From positions 634 through 64,633 of the forward strand of contig JBHHZJ010000006.1 in NCBI GenBank assembly GCA_046758005.1: DNA of 64,000 nt, given 5' to 3'. This DNA is from Kiloniellaceae bacterium. GTDB taxonomy: Bacteria; Pseudomonadota; Alphaproteobacteria; Kiloniellales; J153. Shown piece after piece: positions 58,598-64,000 of the stretch (position 1 is the stretch's first letter; each line of letters starts with the position of its first letter). A program made the position numbers and the translations under genes. Under the pieces are notes generated by a model. That model saw nothing but the letters and a program-made list of their open reading frames with translations. It ran no database searches and was not told where the DNA came from.

Positions 58598-59360
58598 GCG
58601 GCGCGGGCCCGCGCCGCGCGGCGACGCCGCGGCGGGGGTGCGCGGCCCGTCGATCCTGCCGCTGCGCCTCGCCGGCGTCAGCTACGAGGCGGGCGGCAAG
58701 CGCCTGATCGACGACATTTCGCTGGACCTGGCGGCCGGCCCGCGCAGCGTCGTCCTGGGGCCCAACGGGGCGGGCAAGAGCCTGCTCTTGCGCCTGTGCC
58801 ACGGCCTGATCGGCCCCAGCGCCGGGCGCATCTCCTGGGCCGGCCCGGCCGGCCCCGAGGTCCGGCGCCGCCAGGCCATGGTGTTTCAGCAGCCGGTGCT
58901 GCTGCGCCGCTCGGTGGCGCTGAACGTGGCCTATCCCTTGCGCCTGCGCGGCGTGCCCGGGCGGGAGCGGCGCGCGCGCGTCGAGGAGGCGCTGGCGAAG
59001 GCCGGCCTCGCCGCCCTGGCCGGGCAGCCGGCCCGGACGCTGTCCGGCGGCGAGCAGCAGCGCCTGGCGATCGCGCGCGCCTGGGCGCCGCGCCCCGACG
59101 TGCTGTTCCTCGACGAGCCGACCTCGAACCTCGACCCGGCGGCGACCCGGGCGGTCGAGGACCTGATCCTGACCGTGCACGCGAGCGGCACCAAGATCGT
59201 GATGACCACCCACGACCTGGGCCAGGCGCGCCGGCTGGCCGACGAAATCCTGTTCCTGCACCGTGGCCGCCTGCTCGAACGCACGGCCGCGCAGCGCTTC
59301 TTCACCGCGCCGCGCACGGCCGAGGCGGCCGCCTTCATCAAGGGAGACCTGATATGGTGA
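58572..59360 (+). CDS. tupC: Tungstate ABC transporter ATPase TupC
   Basis: GPNGAGKS, LSGGEQQR, FLDEPT; between tupB and tupA. Confidence 0.9.
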   Translation: MSRAPATAERRGPAPRGDAAAGVRGPSILPLRLAGVSYEAGGKRLIDDISLDLAAGPRSVVLGPNGAGKSLLLRLCHGLIGPSAGRISWAGPAGPEVRRRQAMVFQQPVLLRRSVALNVAYPLRLRGVPGRERRARVEEALAKAGLAALAGQPARTLSGGEQQRLAIARAWAPRPDVLFLDEPTSNLDPAATRAVEDLILTVHASGTKIVMTTHDLGQARRLADEILFLHRGRLLERTAAQRFFTAPRTAEAAAFIKGDLIW

Positions 59361-60184
59361 CGAGACGCGCTTTCCTGTCGGCTGTTTTGCTTGCCACCGT
59401 TCTGTGCGCTCCGGCGTGGGCCGGGGAGCGTTTCATCACGGTGGCCTCGACGACCTCGACCGAGAACTCGGGCCTGTTCGACTACATCCTGCCCCTGTTC
59501 GAGCGCCAGACCGGCATCCAGGTGCGCGTCGTCGCGGTCGGCACGGGCCAGGCGATCAAGATCGCCAGAAACGGCGACGCCGACGTGCTCTTCGTGCACC
59601 ACCGGCCCTCGGAGGAGAAATTCGTCGCGGAGGGGCATGGGGTGAAACGCTTCGACGTCATGTTCAACGACTTCGTCCTCATCGGCCCGAGGTCCGATCC
59701 GGCCGGGGTCGGCGGCCTGCGCGAGGCCGCGGCGGCGCTGAGGAAGATCGCCGCGGCGCGGGCCGTGTTCGTCTCGCGCGGCGACGACAGCGGCACGCAC
59801 AAGAAGGAGCTGAGCCTGTGGACCGACGCCGGCGTAGACCCGGCGGCGGCGAGCGGGACCTGGTACCGCGAGACCGGCTCGGGCATGGGCGCCACGCTCA
59901 ACACCGCCGCGGCGCTCGGGGCCTACGCGCTCGCCGACCGCGGCACCTGGATCAGCTTCGCCAACAAGGGCGACCTGAGCGTGCTGGTCGAAGGCGACGC
60001 GCGCCTGTTCAACCCCTACGGCGTGATCCTGGTCAACCCGGCCAGGCACCCGCACGTCAAGGCCAAGGACGGCCGGGCGTTCATCGACTGGCTGACCTCG
60101 CAGACCGGGCAGCGCGCGATCGCCGACTTCCGCGTGAACGGCCAGCAGCTGTTCTTCCCCAACGCGCGCGAGCCGGCCTCGTGA
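59354..60184 (+). CDS. tupA: Tungstate ABC transporter binding protein TupA
   Basis: ASTTSTENSGL, VGTGQA, FVSRGDDSGTH, GSGMG, DRGTW. Confidence 0.93.
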   Translation: MVTRRAFLSAVLLATVLCAPAWAGERFITVASTTSTENSGLFDYILPLFERQTGIQVRVVAVGTGQAIKIARNGDADVLFVHHRPSEEKFVAEGHGVKRFDVMFNDFVLIGPRSDPAGVGGLREAAAALRKIAAARAVFVSRGDDSGTHKKELSLWTDAGVDPAAASGTWYRETGSGMGATLNTAAALGAYALADRGTWISFANKGDLSVLVEGDARLFNPYGVILVNPARHPHVKAKDGRAFIDWLTSQTGQRAIADFRVNGQQLFFPNAREPAS

Positions 60185-60214
60185 CGGGGAAACAACTTTC
60201 CGAAATCCATCATT

Positions 60215-60244
60215 GTCATGCGCGGGCTTGACCCGCGCATCCAT
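60215..60244 (+). repeat. REP palindrome, left arm of the GIY-YIG cassette
   Basis: GTC-ATGCGCGGG-CTTGA-CCCGCGCAT-CCAT; exact reverse complement of 60556-60585. Confidence 0.92.
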
Positions 60245-60264
60245 CGCCGTGTCATGCTCGGACG

Positions 60265-60552
60265 GTGCCGTACTACGTGTACATACTTGCGAGCCGTCCA
60301 TACGGATCGTTGTACGTCGGCGTCACGAACGATGTCATCCGCCGTGTTTGTGAGCACAGGGATGGGCTCGTCGATGGATTCACGAAACGATATGGCGTGA
60401 AGACGCTCGTACACTTTGAGGCGTACGACGAGGCCGGGACCGCGATCCAGCGCGAGAAGACCATCAAGCATTGGAAGCGGGACTGGAAAATCGCCTTGAT
60501 CGAACGAGACAATCCGCATTGGGATGATCTGTACGAACGCCTGTGCGGCTGA
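60265..60552 (+). CDS. Stand-alone GIY-YIG nuclease (95 aa)
   Basis: YVYILAS...LYVGVT...RRVCEH...FTKRY...AIQREK.IK.W.R.WK..LIE..NP.W.DLY. Confidence 0.92.
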   Translation: MPYYVYILASRPYGSLYVGVTNDVIRRVCEHRDGLVDGFTKRYGVKTLVHFEAYDEAGTAIQREKTIKHWKRDWKIALIERDNPHWDDLYERLCG

Positions 60553-60555
60553 GGA

Positions 60556-60585
60556 ATGGATGCGCGGGTCAAGCCCGCGCATGAC
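60556..60585 (-). repeat. REP palindrome, right arm of the GIY-YIG cassette
   Basis: ATGGATGCGCGGGTCAAGCCCGCGCATGAC followed by G, giving a CGTC tag on the minus strand; starts 3 nt after the nuclease stop. Confidence 0.92.
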
Positions 60586-60609
60586 GAAATTGGCAGCGAT
60601 GGGGTCGTC

Positions 60610-61620
60610 ATGACGACTGAAACCATGCGCGCGATGGTGCTGGAGCGGGCGCGGGCGCCGCTGCGCCTGGAGGAACGTCCGGTGCCGGAACCGGGCCCCG
60701 AGCAGGTGCTGGTGCGGGTGCGTGCCTGCGGCGTGTGCCGCACCGACCTGCACGTGGTCGATGGCGAGCTGCCGCACCCAAAACTCCCGCTCGTGCCCGG
60801 CCACGAGGTGGTCGGCACCGTGGCCGCCCGCGGCCGCCACGTCGAGCGCTTCGCGGAGGGCGCGCGCATCGGCATCCCGTGGCTGGGGTGGACCTGCGGG
60901 ACCTGCCGCTTCTGCCGCGCCGGGCGGGAGAACCTGTGCGCGCGGGCCAAGTTCACCGGCTACACGCTCGACGGCGGTTACGCCGAGTATGCGCTGGTCG
61001 ATCAGCGCTACGCCTTTCCGATCCACGGGCGGTACAGCGACGCCGAGGCGGCGCCGCTGCTGTGCGCGGGGCTGATCGGCTATCGCTCGCTGCGCCTGGC
61101 GGGCGAGGCCGAGCGGCTCGGCCTGTACGGCTTCGGCGCGGCCGCGCACATCGTCGCGCAGGTCGCGCGCTATCAGGGCCGGCGCGTGTTCGCCTTCACC
61201 CGCCCGGGCGACGAAGCGGCCAAGGCCTTCGCGCGCGACATGGGGGCGGTGTGGGCCGGCGATTCGAGCGAGGCGCCGCCGGAGGAGTTGGACGCGGCGA
61301 TCATTTACGCCCCGGTCGGGGCGCTGGTGCCGGCGGCGCTGCGCGCGGTCGCGCCGGGCGGCACCGTGGTGTGCGCCGGCATCCACATGAGCGACATCCC
61401 GCGCTTCCCTTACGAGATCCTGTGGCGCGAGCGCAAGGTGCTCTCGGTCGCCAACCTGACCCGGCGCGACGGCGAGGAGTTCCTGGCGCTCGCCCCCGAG
61501 GCGGGCGTCGAGACCGCGGTCGAGCCGATGCCGCTCGAAGAGGCCGACGAGGCGCTCGCCCGCCTGCGCGAGGGGCGCCTGCGCGGCGCCGCGGTGCTGA
61601 CGATGGGCGGGGCGGAGTGA
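60610..61620 (+). CDS. Zinc-dependent alcohol dehydrogenase family protein
   Basis: CGVCRTDLH, PGHEVVG, CGTCRFC...ENLC, LLCAGLIGY, GFGAAA; start at 60610 or 60625. Confidence 0.93.
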   Translation: MTTETMRAMVLERARAPLRLEERPVPEPGPEQVLVRVRACGVCRTDLHVVDGELPHPKLPLVPGHEVVGTVAARGRHVERFAEGARIGIPWLGWTCGTCRFCRAGRENLCARAKFTGYTLDGGYAEYALVDQRYAFPIHGRYSDAEAAPLLCAGLIGYRSLRLAGEAERLGLYGFGAAAHIVAQVARYQGRRVFAFTRPGDEAAKAFARDMGAVWAGDSSEAPPEELDAAIIYAPVGALVPAALRAVAPGGTVVCAGIHMSDIPRFPYEILWRERKVLSVANLTRRDGEEFLALAPEAGVETAVEPMPLEEADEALARLREGRLRGAAVLTMGGAE

Positions 61621-61624
61621 CGGG

Positions 61625-62542
61625 TCACGGTCCGTTGTAGCGCACCGTGCCGAGGCCCGTGACCTCGTACCCGCCCATCTCTGCGGCGCGCTTGGCGAAC
61701 GCCTCGCTCCGCGCGAAGGCGAAGAGCGTCTGCAGCGGCGGCTCGAAGTAGTCGCGCCGGCGCAGGAGCAGGTCGTAGCGCTCGCGCATGAGCGGCACGA
61801 AGCCGAGCCTGAGCGTGCGCGCCACCGCCTCGACGGCCAAGCCCGCCTCGGCCCCGCCTTCGAGGATCGCCAGGCCCAGGTCGGTCTCGCCGCGCGCGGT
61901 CTCCTCGGCGAAGGCGAGGTCGGCAAGGTCGAGCCCTTCGCGCTCCAGCAGGTGCGCGAGCAGGAGGTGGCTGCCGGCCTCCTTCTGGCGGCGGATTACG
62001 CGCAGGCCCTTGTCCTTGAGATCGCGCAAGCCGCGCACGCCGTGCGGGTTGCCGGCGGCGACCACGAGGCCCTGCCGGCGCCAGGCCCATTCCAGCAGCA
62101 CCACGCCCTGGCGCGCGAGCGGCGGCCCGGCCAGGCCCGCGCCGAGCGCCGGCAGGTTGAACTCGCCGCTGTCGGCGTCGAACAGATGCAGGCCGGCGAC
62201 CATGGCCTGCGCCTGGGCGAAGCGGGCGATGCCGTCGAGGCTGCCGCCGGGCAGCAGGGCCAGGGCGCAGCCCGATTCCTTGACCGCCCAGTCGAGCAGC
62301 GGGTCGTGGCTGCCGGCGATCACCGGCGGCGGCCGGATCGCCCGATCGCCGTCCACGGCCTCGGCCAGCCAGAGGTCGACGAGCGCCTTGGGGAACAGCC
62401 ATTTGCCGGTGACCCGCGTGCAGGGAATCGCGCGCCGGCGCACCAGCTCGTAGACCCGCCGCTCCTTGATGCGCAGGTAGGCGGCGACCTCCCTGGTGGT
62501 CAGGAACTCCTGTCCGGGGGCGGGGTCGTCCGGGCGCGCCAT
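61625..62542 (-). CDS. Excisionase-type HTH plus molybdate/tungstate PBP-domain transcriptional regulator (TaoR-like architecture)
   Basis: FLTTREVAAYLRIKERRVYEL...IPCTRVTGKWLFP, then GSHDPLL, GSLDG, RRQGL, RQKEAGS, ERYDL. Confidence 0.88.
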   Translation of the reverse strand: MARPDDPAPGQEFLTTREVAAYLRIKERRVYELVRRRAIPCTRVTGKWLFPKALVDLWLAEAVDGDRAIRPPPVIAGSHDPLLDWAVKESGCALALLPGGSLDGIARFAQAQAMVAGLHLFDADSGEFNLPALGAGLAGPPLARQGVVLLEWAWRRQGLVVAAGNPHGVRGLRDLKDKGLRVIRRQKEAGSHLLLAHLLEREGLDLADLAFAEETARGETDLGLAILEGGAEAGLAVEAVARTLRLGFVPLMRERYDLLLRRRDYFEPPLQTLFAFARSEAFAKRAAEMGGYEVTGLGTVRYNGP

Positions 62543-62692
62543 GGCGCGAAGTATACGCCCGGCACGGCGCATGGCCGCAGCAAATTTGGGGTCGTTTCGC
62601 CCCGGCGCGCCGCTAGAATGGCGCCAACTCGTCATAGCGGGAAGGCCGGCGCGGCCGAACGGCCCCGGGGCCCGGCGGGAGAGGAGCGTTTC

Positions 62693-64000
62693 ATGGAGAT
62701 TCGCGGCCGGCACGTGCTCGTATGCAACTGCGAGCAGACCATGCCGCTCGACGCCGGCAAGCTCGCCAAGGCGTGCCGGGCGGCCGGGGCCGAGGGCGAG
62801 ATCGAGCTGAACGGCCAGCTCTGCCGGGCCCAGCTCGGCAACTTCCAGCAGGCGATCCTGGGCGAGCGGCCGGTCCTGGTCGCGTGCACCCAGGAGGCGC
62901 CTCTGTTCTCGGAGATCGCCGAGGAGGACAACCCGGCCGCGGAGATCGCCTTCACCAACATCCGCGAGCGCGCCGGCTGGTCCGGGGAGGCCGAAGACGC
63001 CACCGCCAAGATCGCCGCGCTGCTGGCCGAGGCGGCGCTCGACATCCCGCCGACACCCGCGGTCACCCTGAAGTCGGACGGCGCGTGCCTGGTCTACGGC
63101 GCCGACGAGCGCGCCATCGAGGCGGCCAAGCAGCTGGCCGGGCGGCTCGACGTGACCGTGCTGCTGCGCGAGCCGGGCGAGATCCTGCCGCCCAGGATCA
63201 TGGACGTGCCGATCTTCAAGGGCGCCATCGTCCAGGCCAAGGGCCACCTCGGGGCCTTCGGCGTCACGGTCAACGACTACGCGCCGGCGGCGCCGTCCTC
63301 GCGCGCGGCGCTGGTCTTCGAGGCGCCCAAGGACGGCGCGTTCTCGCAGTGCGACCTGATCCTCGACCTGTCGGGCGGGACGCCGCTGTTCCCGGCGCAC
63401 GAGAAGCGCGACGGCTACCTGCGCCCCGACCCGGACGATCCGGTCGCCGTGCAGAAGGCGATCTTCCAGATCGCCGACATGGTGGGCGAGTACGAGAAGC
63501 CGCGTTACGTCCTCTACGACGCCGACATCTGCGCCCATTCGCGCAGCCGGCAGACGGGTTGCACGCGCTGCCTGGACGTGTGCCCGGCCTCGGCGATCCG
63601 CTCGGCCGGCGACACGGTCGAGATCGACGCTCACGTCTGCGCCGGGTGCGGCGCGTGCGCGAGCGTCTGCCCGACGGGTGCGGCGACCTACCAGCTCCCC
63701 GCCGGGGACACCGTGTTCCAGCGGCTGCGCACCCTGCTCGGCGCCTACCGGGCGGCGGACGGCGCGGACCCGGTGTTGCTCGTGCACGACACGCGCCACG
63801 GCGAGGAGATGGTCGCCGTCATGGCGCGCGCCGGGCGCGGCCTGCCGGCCCACGTCCTGCCCTTCCCGCTCAACGAGGTGACCCAGATCGGGCTCGACTT
63901 CCTGGTCATGGCGCTCGCGTACGGCGCGGCGCAGCTCTGCCTGCTGGTCGATCCCAGGAAGGCCGGCGAACTGGGCGGCCTGGCCGAGCAGGTCGGCCTG
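62693..64000 (+). CDS. 4Fe-4S ferredoxin-domain protein of FDH-associated clusters (3' truncated; not in the ORF track)
   Basis: GAGGAG RBS; MEIRGRHVLVCNCEQTM...VACTQE...NIRERAGWS...CAHSRSRQTGCTRCLDVCP...CAGCGACASVCP; open to the window end. Confidence 0.88.
   Translation, partial: MEIRGRHVLVCNCEQTMPLDAGKLAKACRAAGAEGEIELNGQLCRAQLGNFQQAILGERPVLVACTQEAPLFSEIAEEDNPAAEIAFTNIRERAGWSGEAEDATAKIAALLAEAALDIPPTPAVTLKSDGACLVYGADERAIEAAKQLAGRLDVTVLLREPGEILPPRIMDVPIFKGAIVQAKGHLGAFGVTVNDYAPAAPSSRAALVFEAPKDGAFSQCDLILDLSGGTPLFPAHEKRDGYLRPDPDDPVAVQKAIFQIADMVGEYEKPRYVLYDADICAHSRSRQTGCTRCLDVCPASAIRSAGDTVEIDAHVCAGCGACASVCPTGAATYQLPAGDTVFQRLRTLLGAYRAADGADPVLLVHDTRHGEEMVAVMARAGRGLPAHVLPFPLNEVTQIGLDFLVMALAYGAAQLCLLVDPRKAGELGGLAEQVGL

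Noticed and set aside
60195-60600. Target-site duplication around the REP-GIY-YIG cassette
   Set aside because: CGAAAT occurs on both sides (60201 and 60585) but is not flush with the repeat ends; no clean duplication is visible.
60556-60609. N-terminal extension MDARVKPAHDE on the alcohol dehydrogenase (and MRGLDPRIH in nearby ORFs)
   Set aside because: These peptides are translations of the REP sequence; the real start is probably 60610 or 60625.
1-64000. CRISPR arrays, rRNA/tRNA genes, transposases, integrases and prophage genes
   Set aside because: No regularly spaced direct repeats, RNA-gene signatures or recombinase motifs were recognised by eye. The excisionase-like HTH at 62542 belongs to a transcriptional regulator.

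Overview
GC-rich chromosomal segment, most likely from a Rhodospirillales-like alphaproteobacterium (inferred from CtrA, SciP, ChpT, FlbD and gene order). It has three blocks. (1) 1-33.8 kb is a flagellar, chemotaxis and cell-cycle cluster: end of a flagellin, flaG, a very long fliD, three fliS, fliK-flgD-flgE, sciP, fliFGHN-motA-flbD-flhAFG, fliJI, ctrA and cheAWYBR. (2) 34-38.6 kb holds Fe(III) ABC permease and binding-protein genes, chpT and a DUF3553 gene. (3) 38.7-64 kb is a formate/tungsten island: a cytoplasmic NAD-linked formate dehydrogenase, a convergent Tat-exported formate dehydrogenase operon with uncharacterised periplasmic genes, mobA, fdhD, tupBCA, an alcohol dehydrogenase, a Xis-HTH/oxyanion-binding regulator and a truncated Fe-S protein. 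The most notable observations are: a stand-alone GIY-YIG nuclease gene framed by two perfect 30-bp inverted REP palindromes, with a solo variant REP 35 kb away (a candidate REP-mobilising cassette); two beta-rich insertion modules apparently shared between the enlarged cap (FliD) and hook (FlgE) proteins; two different miniature palindromic elements between ctrA and cheR; a secreted WD40-cytochrome c fusion; and a possible relic SECIS hairpin. No rRNA, tRNA, CRISPR array or transposase was recognised. All family calls come from reading motifs by eye, not from database searches.
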